Below, piece after piece: positions 51,819-62,644 of a stretch of 64,000 nt of DNA. Below the pieces are notes generated by a model. It saw only the letters and a list, made by a program, of their open reading frames with translations, was not told where the DNA came from and ran no database searches. The stretch's first letter is position 1. Each line of letters begins with the position of its first letter. A program made the translations under genes and the position numbers. Source of the DNA: Syntrophomonadaceae bacterium (GTDB lineage Bacteria > Bacillota > Dethiobacteria > DTU022); assembly GCA_003554615.1 (NCBI GenBank), contig PWGX01000053.1, forward strand, positions 113 through 64,112. Direction: 5' to 3'.

Positions 51819-51847
51819 ATTTTAACACCGTCTGCAACCCTTGTCAA
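51819..51847 (-). promoter_or_regulatory. Sigma-A-type promoter for the L7Ae-rpsL-rpsG-fusA-tuf (str) operon
   Basis: On the minus strand: TTGACA (51847-51842), a 17-nt spacer, then TAAAAT (51824-51819). Confidence 0.65.
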
Positions 51848-51881
51848 TCAAATTTTTACTTTTTTGCCCCGGCAGTCATAA

Positions 51882-51907
51882 CCCCGGGCCTTGACCCCGG
51901 GCCTTGA
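51882..51907. repeat. Tandem 13-bp repeat CCCCGGGCCTTGA x2 (plus a partial third) in the rpoC-L7Ae spacer
   Basis: Two exact units at 51882-51894 and 51895-51907, flanked by GCCCCGG (51866-72) and CCCGGGG (51910-16). All contain CCCGGG-type palindromes. Confidence 0.9.
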
Positions 51908-51941
51908 TACCCGGGGCTGCAACAGAGGCGTTCGAAGAACT

Positions 51942-54900
51942 TTAGTCTTCGAACACCTCCGGATCCTCTTCCAAACCTTCCGGCTTCTGGTCACCGGTGG
52001 CGGCCACCGCAGTCTCTTCGGTATCGAGGCCGAGATCCGCTTCCGGCTTGGCTTTTTCTTCCGGCTCCGGCTCCGCGCCGATAGGCCGGACTTCAATATT
52101 GCGGTACCGGGACATTCCGGTGCCGGCCGGGATCAGTTTGCCGATTATCACGTTTTCTTTCAAACCGAGGAGCTGATCCTGGCGCCCTTTAATCGAAGCC
52201 TCGGTCAGGACACGTGTAGTTTCCTGGAAGGAAGCCGCCGACAAGAACGATTCTGTAGCCAGGGATGTCTTGGTAATACCGAGGAGAAGCGGCCTTGCCA
52301 CAGCCGGACGACCTCCATCGGCTTCAACGCTTTCGTTAATTTCATCGAAAACGTGGCTGTCAAGCATTCCGCCCGGCAGCAGGTCGGTGTCGCCGGGTTC
52401 TTCCACTTTAACTTTCTTGAGCATCTGGCGTACAATAATCTCGATATGCTTGTCGCTGATATCAACGCCCTGCATCTTGTATACCCACTGTACTTCCTTG
52501 AGCATGTACAGCTGAACTCCCCGCACACCTTTGACTTTTAGCAGTTCATGCGGATTAATAGAACCTTCGGTCAGCTCATCACCTGCATTTATCTGCTGGC
52601 CGTTTTCAGCCTTGATCCGGGCCCCGTAGGGAATGGGATAAACCCTGTTTTCGCCGTGTTCCGAAGTAAGCCTGATCTCCCGCTTGTAGCGGGTTTCAAT
52701 AACTTCGACTTCCCCGGCTATCTCGGCAATCAGCGACTGCCCTTTCGGTTTGCGGGCTTCAAACAGCTCTTCCACCCGGGGCAGACCCTGGGTGATATCG
52801 TCTCCGGCCACACCACCGGTATGGAAGGTCCGCATGGTCAGCTGTGTCCCCGGCTCTCCAATGGACTGGGCGGCAATGATACCCACCGCCTCGCCGACAT
52901 TGACCACCTTGCCGGTGGCCAGGTCGCGGCCGTAACACTTTACGCACACGCCGTGGCGGGTCTTGCAGGTTAACACCGAACGGAACAGGACTTCCGTGAT
53001 ATTGTACTCGAGGATCTTCTGGACCATTTCTTCTGTAATCATGGTGTCGGCCTCGATCAGGACTTCGCCCGTTTCAGGATGATATACCGGGTCAAAAGTA
53101 TAACGGCCGATAACCCGGTTTACTGCTTCATCCAGATTTTCGTCATTTTCAAGAAATTCACTCAGCCTGATCGACTGTCCGGTGCCGCAGTCTTCTTCCC
53201 GGACAATGACATCCTGCACCACATCAACCAGCCGGCGGGTCAGGTAACCCGAATCGGCGGTCTTCAAAGCAGTATCGGCCAAGCCTTTGCGGGCGCCGTG
53301 GGTGGAAATAAAGTACTCCAGCACAGTCAGGCCCTCGCGGAAGTTGGCCCGGATCGGGATGTCGATGATCCGCCCAGCCGGGTCGGCCATCAGGCCGCGC
53401 ATTCCGCCCAGCTGGGTAATCTGGGATTCGTTACCGCGGGCCCCGGAATGGGCCATCATGTAGATGGGGTTCAATTCGTCAAGGCCGCTCATCAGGGCAG
53501 CGGTCACTTCGTCCTTGGCCCCGCCCCAAATTTCAATGACCCGATCGTAACGTTCTTTCTCAGTAATCAGGCCCCGTTCATATTGCTGTTCAATGGCTTC
53601 AACTTTTTCTTCAGCAGACCTCATAATGTCCTGTTTCTGGGTCGGGACCATAATATCGCTTACCGCTACGGTAACCCCGGCCCGGGTTGCATAATGGAAG
53701 CCGAGGGCTTTAATTTCGTCTAAGATTTCCGCTGTCCTGGTATTGCCGTACCGCCTGAAACAGCGGGCAATCAGGTCGGCCAGAAAATCTTTTTTAATAG
53801 CCTTGTTACGCGGCAGATCTGCCAGGGCCTGTTCGGGCTTGAAATTCTTGATCGGCATAAAGTTTTGTTCCGGCAAAGACTCATTAAAGTCGGCATTATT
53901 CATATATGGAAAGTCCCTGGGAAATACATCATTAAAGATTACTTTGCCCACGGTTGTAAACAGGTATTTTTTACGGCGGACAAAGTCACGTCCCTTGAAC
54001 CCGCTTGCTTTGATAAAGATGCGGGCCTGCAGGTCGATGTATCCGAGGTCATAAGCGGTCACCGCTTCTTCGGGATCTGGAAATACCTTCCCTTCGCCCC
54101 TGGCCCCGGTTTTTTCAAAGGTCAGGTAGTAGCAACCGAGAACCATATCCTGGGTTGGTGTCGTGACCGGCTTTCCTTCTTTCGGGTTGAGGATATTATG
54201 GGCGGAAAGCATCAGCAGCCGGGCTTCGGCCTGGGCTTCGGCCGAAAGCGGCACATGGACGGCCATCTGGTCCCCGTCAAAGTCGGCGTTGTATGCGGCG
54301 CAAACCAGGGGATGAATCTGAATCGCCCGTCCCTCAACCAGAACCGGTTCGAAAGCCTGGATGCCGAGACGGTGCAGGGTCGGCGCCCGGTTTAAGAGCA
54401 CCGGATGATCCTTGATCACGTCTTCGAGCACATCCCAAACTTCGGGACGGACTTTTTCCACCATCCGCTTGGCGCTCTTGATGTTATGCGCTTCGCCGTC
54501 ACTGACCAGCCTTTTCATGACAAAGGGCTTGAACAGCTCCAGGGCCATTTCCTTCGGCAATCCGCACTGATAGAGCTTTAGTTCCGGCCCGACCACAATA
54601 ACCGAGCGGCCCGAGTAGTCGACCCTTTTGCCGAGCAGATTCTGGCGAAAACGGCCCTGTTTGCCTTTCAGCATGTCGCTGAGCGATTTGAGGGGCCGGT
54701 TGCCGGGGCCGGTTACAGGCCTGCCGCGGCGCCCGTTATCGATCAGGGCGTCCACCGCTTCCTGGAGCATCCGCTTTTCATTCCGGACAATAATGTCCGG
54801 TGCGCCCAGGTCAAGTAGCCTCTTCAGGCGATTATTTCGGTTAATCACCCGCCGGTACAGGTCGTTTAAATCCGAGGTGGCAAACCGGCCGCCGTCAAGC

Positions 54901-55646
54901 TGGACCATCGGCCGCAGATCGGGCGGAATAACCGGAATCGCATCCAGGATCATCCAGGATGGATCATTGCCGGACTGGCGAAATGCTTCAACTACTTCCA
55001 GGCGCCTGATAGCCCGGACTTTTTTCTGGCCGCTGGAGCTGAGCAGCTCTTCGCGCAGCTCCTGGGCAATTTGCTCGAGATCGAGCCTCTTTAGAAGCTT
55101 TTTAATCGCTTCAGCGCCCATCTCGGCCTTAAACCCTTTCCCGCTCTTAAAAAGGGCCTGGTATTTATCATAATATTCCCGGAATTCGCCTTCGGTTAGA
55201 AGCTGTTTGTCGCTTAAATAGGTTTCACCGGGATCTATGACCACGTAGGCGGCAAAATAAAGTACTTTTTCCAGGGCCCGCGGTGACATATCAAGCAGCA
55301 AACCCATCCGGCTCGGGATGCCCTTGAAATACCAGATGTGCGAAACGGGGGCGGCAAGCTCGATATGGCCCATCCGCTCACGCCTCACCTTGGCCCTGGT
55401 TACCTCGACGCCGCAGCGATCACAAACAATGCCGCGGTAGCGAACCCGTTTGTATTTGCCGCAGTGGCATTCCCAGTCTTTTTGCGGTCCGAATATCTTT
55501 TCACAGAAGAGCCCTTCGCGCTCAGGTTTCAGGGTCCGGTAATTAATGGTTTCCGGTTTTTTAACTTCACCTCTCGACCAGGCCCTGATCTGCTCCGAAG
55601 ATGCCAATCCAACCTTTAAGGCATCAAAGTTATTAACATCCAACAA
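51942..55646 (-). CDS. rpoC: DNA-directed RNA polymerase subunit beta'
   Basis: Zn-ribbon [21 protein letters not shown], catalytic [12 protein letters not shown]. 1234 aa. TTG start. Confidence 0.98.
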   Translation of the reverse strand: MLDVNNFDALKVGLASSEQIRAWSRGEVKKPETINYRTLKPEREGLFCEKIFGPQKDWECHCGKYKRVRYRGIVCDRCGVEVTRAKVRRERMGHIELAAPVSHIWYFKGIPSRMGLLLDMSPRALEKVLYFAAYVVIDPGETYLSDKQLLTEGEFREYYDKYQALFKSGKGFKAEMGAEAIKKLLKRLDLEQIAQELREELLSSSGQKKVRAIRRLEVVEAFRQSGNDPSWMILDAIPVIPPDLRPMVQLDGGRFATSDLNDLYRRVINRNNRLKRLLDLGAPDIIVRNEKRMLQEAVDALIDNGRRGRPVTGPGNRPLKSLSDMLKGKQGRFRQNLLGKRVDYSGRSVIVVGPELKLYQCGLPKEMALELFKPFVMKRLVSDGEAHNIKSAKRMVEKVRPEVWDVLEDVIKDHPVLLNRAPTLHRLGIQAFEPVLVEGRAIQIHPLVCAAYNADFDGDQMAVHVPLSAEAQAEARLLMLSAHNILNPKEGKPVTTPTQDMVLGCYYLTFEKTGARGEGKVFPDPEEAVTAYDLGYIDLQARIFIKASGFKGRDFVRRKKYLFTTVGKVIFNDVFPRDFPYMNNADFNESLPEQNFMPIKNFKPEQALADLPRNKAIKKDFLADLIARCFRRYGNTRTAEILDEIKALGFHYATRAGVTVAVSDIMVPTQKQDIMRSAEEKVEAIEQQYERGLITEKERYDRVIEIWGGAKDEVTAALMSGLDELNPIYMMAHSGARGNESQITQLGGMRGLMADPAGRIIDIPIRANFREGLTVLEYFISTHGARKGLADTALKTADSGYLTRRLVDVVQDVIVREEDCGTGQSIRLSEFLENDENLDEAVNRVIGRYTFDPVYHPETGEVLIEADTMITEEMVQKILEYNITEVLFRSVLTCKTRHGVCVKCYGRDLATGKVVNVGEAVGIIAAQSIGEPGTQLTMRTFHTGGVAGDDITQGLPRVEELFEARKPKGQSLIAEIAGEVEVIETRYKREIRLTSEHGENRVYPIPYGARIKAENGQQINAGDELTEGSINPHELLKVKGVRGVQLYMLKEVQWVYKMQGVDISDKHIEIIVRQMLKKVKVEEPGDTDLLPGGMLDSHVFDEINESVEADGGRPAVARPLLLGITKTSLATESFLSAASFQETTRVLTEASIKGRQDQLLGLKENVIIGKLIPAGTGMSRYRNIEVRPIGAEPEPEEKAKPEADLGLDTEETAVAATGDQKPEGLEEDPEVFED

Positions 55647-55725
55647 AAAGATCTCTCCTTTCGCCAGGTTTTAACCTGTGCTACTAGTAGATGCTTTCCT
55701 CATCTTCTTCCAGCTCTTCCGATTC

Positions 55726-58700
55726 TTATTCCGGCTCTTCGCCGCCTTTACTGCTCTTTTGCCTGGAAGATCCAGGTTTCGACTCATCGCTTTCATCATC
55801 TTCAAGTTCTTCTAGCTGGTCTAAAGAAACTTCTTCTACATTTTCTTCCTGGAGATCGGGCGTTCCGGAAGCATCTTTTTCACCATCTCCGCCGCCTTTC
55901 ACCGTCACATCTTCCAGGTTTAAACTTTCAATGTCTTCCTCTTCAAGGCTTTCGCCTTCTTCCTCTTCTTCCTCTTCCTCTTTTTCGCTTTCATCTTTTT
56001 CGCTTTCATCTTTATCGCTTTCATCTTTATCGCTTTCATCTTTATCGCTTTCATCTTTATCGCTTTCATCTTGCTTGTCTTTTTGGTAAATGAAGCGATC
56101 CAGGTCGTCTTCATCCGATTCCATTCCTTCAATATTTACATCGAGCCGGCGATAATCGCCTTCGTCCTCGCCTTCTTTAATTTCAACCTCTCCGGTTTCT
56201 TCGCTTAAAACCCTGACATCCAGGGAGAGGCTCTGCAGTTCTTTAACCAGGACTTTGAACGATTCCGGCACGCCTGGCTCGGGAATATTTTCTCCCTTGA
56301 CGATGGCTTCATAGGTTTTCACCCGGCCGACAACATCGTCGGACTTGACAGTGAGGATTTCCTGCAATGTGTAAGCCGAGCCATAGGCCTCAAGCGCCCA
56401 TACTTCCATCTCTCCGAACCGCTGGCCTCCAAACTGGGCTTTGCCGCCCAGCGGCTGCTGGGTGACCAGCGAATAAGGACCGGTTGAGCGGGCGTGGATC
56501 TTATCGTCAACCAGGTGGGCCAGCTTGAGCATATAAACATAACCGACCGTGATTTTCTCATCAAAGCGCTCCCCGGTGCGGCCGTCGTAAAGGATCGTCT
56601 TGCCGTCTTCAGGCAAGCCGGCTTCCCGGAAGCACTCGAAAACATCTCCTTCGGAGGCGCCATCAAAAACCGGGGAAGCGATACTGATGCCCAAACTGCT
56701 GGCCGCCCAACCGAGGTGGGTCTCCAGGACCTGCCCGATGTTCATCCGTGAAGGGACTCCCAGTGGATTGAGCACAATATCAAGGGAAGTCCCATCAGGC
56801 AGAAAAGGCATATCTTCTTCCGGCAGGATCCGGGCAATGACTCCCTTGTTTCCATGACGGCCGGCCATCTTGTCTCCCTCGGAAATTTTTCGTTTTTGGG
56901 CCACATAGACCCGAACCAGTTGGTTCACCCCCGGTGACAGCTCGTCGCCGTCTTCCCGGCTAAAAACTTTCACATCGACCACGATACCCGATTCGCCGTG
57001 CGGTATCCGCAGTGAGGTATCCCGTACTTCCCTGGCCTTTTCACCAAAGATAGCCCGCAGGAGTCGTTCTTCAGCGGTCAGTTCGGTTTCTCCCTTAGGA
57101 GTAACTTTGCCGACCAAAATGTCTCCGGCCCTGACTTCAGCTCCGATCCGGATTATACCCCGTCCGTCGAGATCTTTAAGGGCCTCTTCGCCAACATTGG
57201 GGATATCGCGGGTAATTTCTTCCGGGCCAAGCTTGGTATCCCTGGCCTCGGACTCATACTCCTCGATATGAATGGAAGTAAAAGTATCTTCGTTAACCAG
57301 CTTTTCGCTAATCAGGATAGCATCCTCATAGTTATAACCTTCCCAGGGCATAAAGGCGACCAGCACGTTGCGGCCCAGGGCCATTTCACCCATATTGGTG
57401 CAGGAACCGTCGGCAATCACTTCGCCGGCTTTCACTTTCTGGCCCCGCCTGACCATGGGGTGCTGGTTGATGCAGGTTCCCTGGTTGGAACGCTTGAATT
57501 TCTGGAGGTAATAAACATCAATCCGGCCGTCAAACCCGGGAATCCGGTCTGTTTCAAAACGTTCCCTGGTCCGTCCGTTAATCCTGTAATTTCTATCATC
57601 GCCGTCGTCATCACGGCGGACATAAACTTCATTGCTGGTAACCCGAACCACTTCGCCGTCGGCCAGGCAAACCGCAACCGCTCCTGAATCCACAGCGGCC
57701 TTGCTTTCCAACCCGGTCCCCACAAAGGGGGCTTCAGTCTGAAGCAGGGGCACCGCCTGACGCTGCATATTGGCCCCCATCAGGGCCCGGTTGGCGTCGT
57801 CGTTTTCCAGGAACGGAATCAGGGCCGTTGCTACACTGACCAGCTGCTTCGGAGAAACGTCCATAAAGTCAACTTCATTGGGATGACGCATAACCGTATC
57901 GTAATAGTAGCGGCAGATAACCCTGTTGCTGGCAAAGCGGCCGTCTTCATCCAGCTTGGCGTTGGCCTGGGCGATAACAAAGCGGTCTTCGTCGTCTGCG
58001 GTAAGGTAAACGATCTCTGAAGTGACCCGGCCTTCTTTCTTATCAACCCGCTGGTACGGGGTTTCGATAAAGCCATATTCGTTGATTCGGGCATAGGTGC
58101 CGAGCGAACCGATCAGGCCAATATTCGGCCCTTCCGGAGTTTCAATTGGGCAAATCCGGCCGTAGTGAGAGTGGTGAACGTCACGCACTTCAAAACCGGC
58201 CCTCTCCCGGCTCAACCCGCCGGGGCCGAGAGCGCTAAGGCGCCTTTTATGGGTCAGCTCAGCCAGTGGATTGGTCTGGTCCATGAACTGGGAAAGCTGG
58301 CTGCTGCCGAAAAATTCTTTGATCGAAGCAATCACCGGCCTGATATTGATTAAAGCCTGGGGGGTAATCGCTTCCACGTCCTGGATGGTCATCCTTTCGC
58401 GGACTACTCTCTCCATGCGGGATAATCCAATCCGGAACTGGTTCTGTAACAGTTCGCCAACGCTGCGCAGGCGCCGGTTGCCGAGGTGGTCGATGTCGTC
58501 GGCATGGCCAATACCGTCAAACAGGTTAAAAATGTAGTTAACCGCGGCAATAATATCGGAGGTAACCAGGTGCCTGGTCGACAAATCGACATTGCCGTTG
58601 CCGATTACCAGGTGGGTCCGGTCACGGTAATTTATTTTTACTCTCTGGATATTGCTTTCATCAATCACCCGGGCCGCTTCCTCATCAACTACAGATCCGG

Positions 58701-59619
58701 CCGGGAAAAGGACCGTCCCTTCAGCGGGATCCCTGACATCCTCGGCCAGTTCATGTCCGAACAACCGCTCGGTCATCGACAGTTTTTTATTGGCCTTGAA
58801 GCGTCCGACATAAGCGAAATCATAGCGCTTGCCGTCAAAGAAAAGCGAATCAAACAGGGAACGCGCATTTTCAACATTTAACGGTTCGCCGGGGCGCAGG
58901 CGCTTATATATTTCAAGCAGGGCGGTTTCCTCAGAATCGGTATGGTCTTTATCAAACAGTTCATTGAGCCGTGGATCATGGCCCAGCACTTCCTGTATTT
59001 CTTCATCCGTTCCGTAACCGATGGCCCTCATGAGCACCGTTACCGGTATTTTCCTGGTTCGATCGACGCGCACAAAAACTCCCTCGGTGACATCTGTTTC
59101 GAATTCGAGCCAGGTCCCCCGGTTGGGTATTATGGTCGCATTGATCAGCTCCTTCCCGGTGGCCCCGGTCGGGTCGGGCTGCTTTTTGAAATAAACTCCG
59201 GGAGAACGAACCAGCTGGCTGACGATGACCCTTTCGGCACCATTGATAATGAAGGTTCCGTTTTCGGTCATCATCGGAAAATCTCCCATGAATACTTCCT
59301 GCTCTTTTACTTCGCCTGTTTCCTGGTTGATTAAGCGCACCTTAACCTTTAGAGGCACGGCATAGGTGGCATCCCGTTCCTTGCAGTCTTCAACGGAATA
59401 TTTTGGCTCTCCAAGCGAATAGTCAAAAAACTCCAGGACCAGGTTGCCTGTAAAATCCTGAATCGGCGAAAAATCATCAAATATTTCTTTAAGGCCCTGT
59501 TTAAGAAACCATTCAAACGAGCTACGCTGGACTTCTATAAGGTTCGGAAGATCAAGAACTTCGTTGATGCGGGCAAAAGAACGCCTTTGTCTCAAGCCGG
59601 TTGCGACGTTAGTGGACAT
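55726..59619 (-). CDS. rpoB: DNA-directed RNA polymerase subunit beta, with ~160-aa acidic repeat-containing C-terminal tail
   Basis: The conserved core includes [16 protein letters not shown] (rifampicin cluster), GRHGNKGV and the [18 protein letters not shown]-like block. 1297 aa. Confidence 0.98.
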   Translation of the reverse strand: MSTNVATGLRQRRSFARINEVLDLPNLIEVQRSSFEWFLKQGLKEIFDDFSPIQDFTGNLVLEFFDYSLGEPKYSVEDCKERDATYAVPLKVKVRLINQETGEVKEQEVFMGDFPMMTENGTFIINGAERVIVSQLVRSPGVYFKKQPDPTGATGKELINATIIPNRGTWLEFETDVTEGVFVRVDRTRKIPVTVLMRAIGYGTDEEIQEVLGHDPRLNELFDKDHTDSEETALLEIYKRLRPGEPLNVENARSLFDSLFFDGKRYDFAYVGRFKANKKLSMTERLFGHELAEDVRDPAEGTVLFPAGSVVDEEAARVIDESNIQRVKINYRDRTHLVIGNGNVDLSTRHLVTSDIIAAVNYIFNLFDGIGHADDIDHLGNRRLRSVGELLQNQFRIGLSRMERVVRERMTIQDVEAITPQALINIRPVIASIKEFFGSSQLSQFMDQTNPLAELTHKRRLSALGPGGLSRERAGFEVRDVHHSHYGRICPIETPEGPNIGLIGSLGTYARINEYGFIETPYQRVDKKEGRVTSEIVYLTADDEDRFVIAQANAKLDEDGRFASNRVICRYYYDTVMRHPNEVDFMDVSPKQLVSVATALIPFLENDDANRALMGANMQRQAVPLLQTEAPFVGTGLESKAAVDSGAVAVCLADGEVVRVTSNEVYVRRDDDGDDRNYRINGRTRERFETDRIPGFDGRIDVYYLQKFKRSNQGTCINQHPMVRRGQKVKAGEVIADGSCTNMGEMALGRNVLVAFMPWEGYNYEDAILISEKLVNEDTFTSIHIEEYESEARDTKLGPEEITRDIPNVGEEALKDLDGRGIIRIGAEVRAGDILVGKVTPKGETELTAEERLLRAIFGEKAREVRDTSLRIPHGESGIVVDVKVFSREDGDELSPGVNQLVRVYVAQKRKISEGDKMAGRHGNKGVIARILPEEDMPFLPDGTSLDIVLNPLGVPSRMNIGQVLETHLGWAASSLGISIASPVFDGASEGDVFECFREAGLPEDGKTILYDGRTGERFDEKITVGYVYMLKLAHLVDDKIHARSTGPYSLVTQQPLGGKAQFGGQRFGEMEVWALEAYGSAYTLQEILTVKSDDVVGRVKTYEAIVKGENIPEPGVPESFKVLVKELQSLSLDVRVLSEETGEVEIKEGEDEGDYRRLDVNIEGMESDEDDLDRFIYQKDKQDESDKDESDKDESDKDESDKDESEKDESEKEEEEEEEEGESLEEEDIESLNLEDVTVKGGGDGEKDASGTPDLQEENVEEVSLDQLEELEDDESDESKPGSSRQKSSKGGEEPE
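55986..56075. repeat. In-frame 15-bp tandem repeat (about 6 units) inside the rpoB 3' region
   Basis: On the plus strand, CGCTTTCATCTTTAT is repeated, with variants at the ends. It encodes (DESDK)x4 then (DESEK)x2 on the minus strand. Confidence 0.95.
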
Positions 59620-59795
59620 TAAAAAAAATCACTCCCCCTGATACCTGGTTTATGATTTAAAACCGGGAAAAAAAAGGCTGCACCTTGAAAACAGCCAATA
59701 TCCTCTGTTTCTCCTATGGGTAATTTGTCATCATTAAGAAGGCTTACCAAGTCTCACTTAAAAATACGCATAATAGTACAACTAGACAACTAAAG

Positions 59796-59824
59796 ATATT
59801 ATCACAAGCAAATGACGGTGTCAA
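59796..59824 (-). promoter_or_regulatory. Strong sigma-A-type promoter upstream of rpoB
   Basis: On the minus strand: TTGACA (59824-59819), a 17-nt spacer, then TGaTAATAT (-10 at 59801-59796 with an extended TG). This predicts a ~170-nt leader to the rpoB ATG at 59619. Confidence 0.65.
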
Positions 59825-60019
59825 CGGGTGCAGGAAAGAAATTTATAAAAAAGTTTTAAATAACGAAAAGACAAATCGACCTGAATCCCGGGTGTGACCC
59901 TGCAATCTTCGTAGATCCTACTTTAACAAAAGCAGGTTCACATTTCAACCTTTCGAGTTTTGTAAACATACCTTGATCACAAAAAAATCCGGCCTGCAGA
60001 AGAAAATTATCAACGTACA

Positions 60020-60049
60020 TAAAAGAGGAGTGTCATTAAAACACTCCCC
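60020..60049 (-). terminator. Intrinsic terminator after rplL
   Basis: On the minus strand: GGAGTGT-TTTAATG-ACACTCC followed by TCTTTTAT, about 70 nt after the rplL stop. Confidence 0.65.
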
Positions 60050-60117
60050 AAATTAAACACTTTGACTGATTGCCTGGAGACAATTGTGCCCAGACACAGT
60101 ATTTAAAATCAAATCTA

Positions 60118-60510
60118 CTACTTCAGCTCAATCACACCGCCGGCTTCTTCAATTTTAGCCTTGGTTTCTTCAGCCTCTTCTTTGTTTACTTTCTCTTTAA
60201 CCGGGCTTGGCAGTTCGTCTACCATAGCTTTTGCTTCTTTAAGGCCCAGGCCGGTCAACTCACGGACCACCTTGATAACCTGGATCTTCTTATCGCCGGC
60301 CGAGGTAAGTATAACATCAAACTCGTCCTTCTCTTCTTCCTGGGCTCCGCCTTCAGCAGCGGGAGCAGCGGCTGCTGCTACCGGAGCGGCAGCAGTAACC
60401 CCAAATTCCTCTTCCAGGGCCTTAACCAGATCTGAAAGTTCCAGAACAGTCATCCCCTTGATCATTTCCATAATTTCATTTACTTTGTTTTCTTCTTTCG
60501 CCATTTCCAC
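60118..60510 (-). CDS. rplL: 50S ribosomal protein L7/L12
   Basis: [22 protein letters not shown], an Ala-rich hinge, and [12 protein letters not shown]. The start is GTG 60510 or ATG 60504. Confidence 0.96.
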   Translation of the reverse strand: MEMAKEENKVNEIMEMIKGMTVLELSDLVKALEEEFGVTAAAPVAAAAAPAAEGGAQEEEKDEFDVILTSAGDKKIQVIKVVRELTGLGLKEAKAMVDELPSPVKEKVNKEEAEETKAKIEEAGGVIELK

Positions 60511-60606
60511 TTTACTCCTTTATTAATATGATAATATTTTTCAGGGCTGCCGCATGCAGCACCTGATATTTCTACCTGGCACAAATCCTGTTACCGTGCA
60601 GTTTAA

Positions 60607-61131
60607 TTAAGCGCTTTCTTTCTGACTTCGCACCGCGTCAACCGTGTAAACCAGCTGGCTGAGAGTTCCCTGCAGCGCCCCGACCAATCCTGAAATGGGG
60701 GCCTGGACTCCGCCTACAACCTTGGAAAGCAGGATCTCGCGAGAGGGAATCTCGCCCAGCTCCTTAATCCTTTCAGGGCTGACCAGCTGTCCGGAAAGAA
60801 CTCCGCCTTTAATAACCAGCGCTTCGTTTTCCCTGGTAAACTCGTTAAATACCTTTGCCGCCGCTACCGGATCTTCATCGGCATAAGCCATGGCGGTTGG
60901 CCCTTCAAAAAAATCTTCCAACTGTTCAAAACCGGCTTCCCTGCAGGCCCATTTATTCATGGTATTCTTGGTTACCCAGAACCGGCACTGTTCACTTCTC
61001 AGCCGCCTGCGCAGGTTGTTGATGGCCTCTACATTCAAGCCCCGGTAATCGGTAACCACAACCAGCTCGGCCTGCTTTAAAGCCTCGGCTATCTCATCCT
61101 TCATTTTTTCTTTTTCTTCCCTGGTGAGCAA
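60607..61131 (-). CDS. rplJ: 50S ribosomal protein L10
   Basis: (M)LTREEKEKMKDEIAEALKQAELVVVTDYRGLNV. TTG 61131 lies 6 nt after GGAGGTG. The longer ORF-track start would run through the leader terminator. Confidence 0.93.
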   Translation of the reverse strand: MLTREEKEKMKDEIAEALKQAELVVVTDYRGLNVEAINNLRRRLRSEQCRFWVTKNTMNKWACREAGFEQLEDFFEGPTAMAYADEDPVAAAKVFNEFTRENEALVIKGGVLSGQLVSPERIKELGEIPSREILLSKVVGGVQAPISGLVGALQGTLSQLVYTVDAVRSQKESA

Positions 61132-61343
61132 TAATTTCACCTCCTTCGACCAAATAAAAAGGGTTTTCCGTAGACTGGAAAACCCCGTTTTAACCTGGTT
61201 AATTATAATCAAACCTCTTGCCCTCAGGTTGATGCTGGAGATAACTTTCCTGAACAGGAAGCCCGCTAAGGGCTATTAAACCGTACAGTTCCTGCCGTCT
61301 ACGGAACAGCTCTTATGCAGTTGTCAGCTTACAGTTTTATCGT
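61132..61343 (-). promoter_or_regulatory. Probable ribosomal protein L10 leader (autoregulatory attenuator region)
   Basis: A 212-nt untranslated spacer lies between rplA and rplJ and ends in a terminator-like hairpin directly before the rplJ RBS. This is the arrangement known for the Firmicute L10 leader. Sequence-level match to the covariance model was not checked. Confidence 0.5.
61154..61185 (-). terminator. Attenuator hairpin in the rplJ leader
   Basis: On the minus strand: GGGTTTTCC-AGTCTAC-GGAAAACCC followed by TTTTTATTTGG, ending about 10 nt before GGAGGTG of rplJ. Confidence 0.6.
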
Positions 61344-62042
61344 TTAGCTTTTCGCTCCTACACCCTGGTTAACCTTGATTCCAGGCCCCATGGTTGAACT
61401 GACCGTAATATTTCTGATGTACTGCCCCTTGGCCGTAGCCGGACGATCTTTCATTAATGCGTCCAGGACAGCCTGGAAATTTTCAACCAGCTTGTCCTGT
61501 TCAAAAGATACTTTGCCAATCGGCACATGAACATTGCCGGCCTTTTCGGTCCGGTATTCTACCTTTCCGGCCTTTATGTCGTTAATGGCCTTGCCAACTT
61601 CAAAGGTAACCGTACCGCTTTTCGGGTTGGGCATCATCCCGCGCGGGCCAAGGATTTTACCCAGCTTGCCGACAGAACTCATCATGTCCGGGGTAGCCAC
61701 GGCAATGTCAAAATCAAGCCAACTTTCCTGGACCTTGGCCACCAGCTCATCTGATCCGACATAATCGGCCCCGGCTTCTTCAGCTTCATTGATTTTCTCA
61801 CCCTTGGCAAAAACAACCACCCGGACCGTTTTCCCGGTTCCGTGCGGCAAAACCACCGATCCGCGCACCTGCTGGTCGGCGTGCTTCGGGTTTACCCCCA
61901 GGCGAAAAGCCGCTTCCACCGTTTCATCAAAGGAACGGGTGCTCAGTTCTTTTACTTTTGCCAGGGCTTCTTCCGGTTCATACTTTCTTTCGCGATCAAT
62001 CTGCTCGCGTGCTTCCAGGTATTTTTTTGCTCTTTTAGGCAT
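61344..62042 (-). CDS. rplA: 50S ribosomal protein L1
   Basis: [18 protein letters not shown]...[15 protein letters not shown]. Confidence 0.97.
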   Translation of the reverse strand: MPKRAKKYLEAREQIDRERKYEPEEALAKVKELSTRSFDETVEAAFRLGVNPKHADQQVRGSVVLPHGTGKTVRVVVFAKGEKINEAEEAGADYVGSDELVAKVQESWLDFDIAVATPDMMSSVGKLGKILGPRGMMPNPKSGTVTFEVGKAINDIKAGKVEYRTEKAGNVHVPIGKVSFEQDKLVENFQAVLDALMKDRPATAKGQYIRNITVSSTMGPGIKVNQGVGAKS

Positions 62043-62164
62043 GCTTTTTAACCTCCCGTGGTCTGCGAGCGCCTCCGCTCTCCCACTATGTATATTGGTT
62101 CATCTTTAATCTCAGGGGCGTTTATATGAAAAAATGAACCTTGCCTTGCCGGACTGAAGCTAGT

Positions 62165-62596
62165 TCAGCTTTCAACAACTATGCCCATACTGCGGGCAGT
62201 GCCGGCAATGATATCAACTGCAGACTCAACATCGTATGCATTCAGGTCTTCCATTTTCTGCTGGGCAATTTCCCGGACCTGATCGCGGGTGACTGTTGCC
62301 ACTTTTACCCGGTTCGGCTCACCGGAAGCGCTCTCAATGCCGGCCGCTTTTTTAAGCAGTACGGCAGCCGGGGGGGTCTTGGTGATAAAATTGTAAGACC
62401 GGTCTTCATAAACGGTAAGTTCAACCGGAATAATCAGGCCGCCTTCGTTGGCCGTCCGCTCGTTAAATTCTTTACAAAAGGCCATGATATTAACCCCATG
62501 TTGGCCGAGAGCCGGTCCAACCGGCGGTGCAGGCGTAGCTTTGCCGGCCGGTATCTGCAGCTTTACCTGAGCCAGTATTTTCTTCTTTTTAGCCAT
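62165..62596 (-). CDS. rplK: 50S ribosomal protein L11
   Basis: [32 protein letters not shown]. Confidence 0.97.
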   Translation of the reverse strand: MAKKKKILAQVKLQIPAGKATPAPPVGPALGQHGVNIMAFCKEFNERTANEGGLIIPVELTVYEDRSYNFITKTPPAAVLLKKAAGIESASGEPNRVKVATVTRDQVREIAQQKMEDLNAYDVESAVDIIAGTARSMGIVVES

Positions 62597-62644
62597 TACA
62601 TAAACCTCCTCACTGTTGCTGCCCGGCAGGCCGCACAGCGCGCG

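Noticed and set aside
51930-51954. TTCGAA-containing inverted repeat that recalled a tRNA T-arm
   Set aside because: No acceptor, D or anticodon arms can be built around it. It is the hairpin at the rpoC stop codon, reported separately as a finding.
51891-52541. 216-aa plus-strand ORF antisense to the rpoC 3' region, and similar antisense ORFs at 42447-43031, 53079-53723 and 54628-55173
   Set aside because: All are opposite strongly conserved genes, rich in Arg/Ser/Pro/Gly, and lack RBS or motifs. They are shadow ORFs.
55986-56075. Regularly spaced short repeats that superficially resemble a CRISPR-like or minisatellite array
   Set aside because: The period is 15 bp with no spacers, the array is in frame within rpoB, and it encodes the DESDK repeat. 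It is a coding tandem repeat, not a CRISPR array.
55691-56089. 132-aa poly-Ser/Leu ORF on the plus strand
   Set aside because: It is the mirror image of the Asp/Glu/Lys repeat tail of rpoB, because GAx/AAG codons read as Ser/Leu in antisense. It is a low-complexity artefact.
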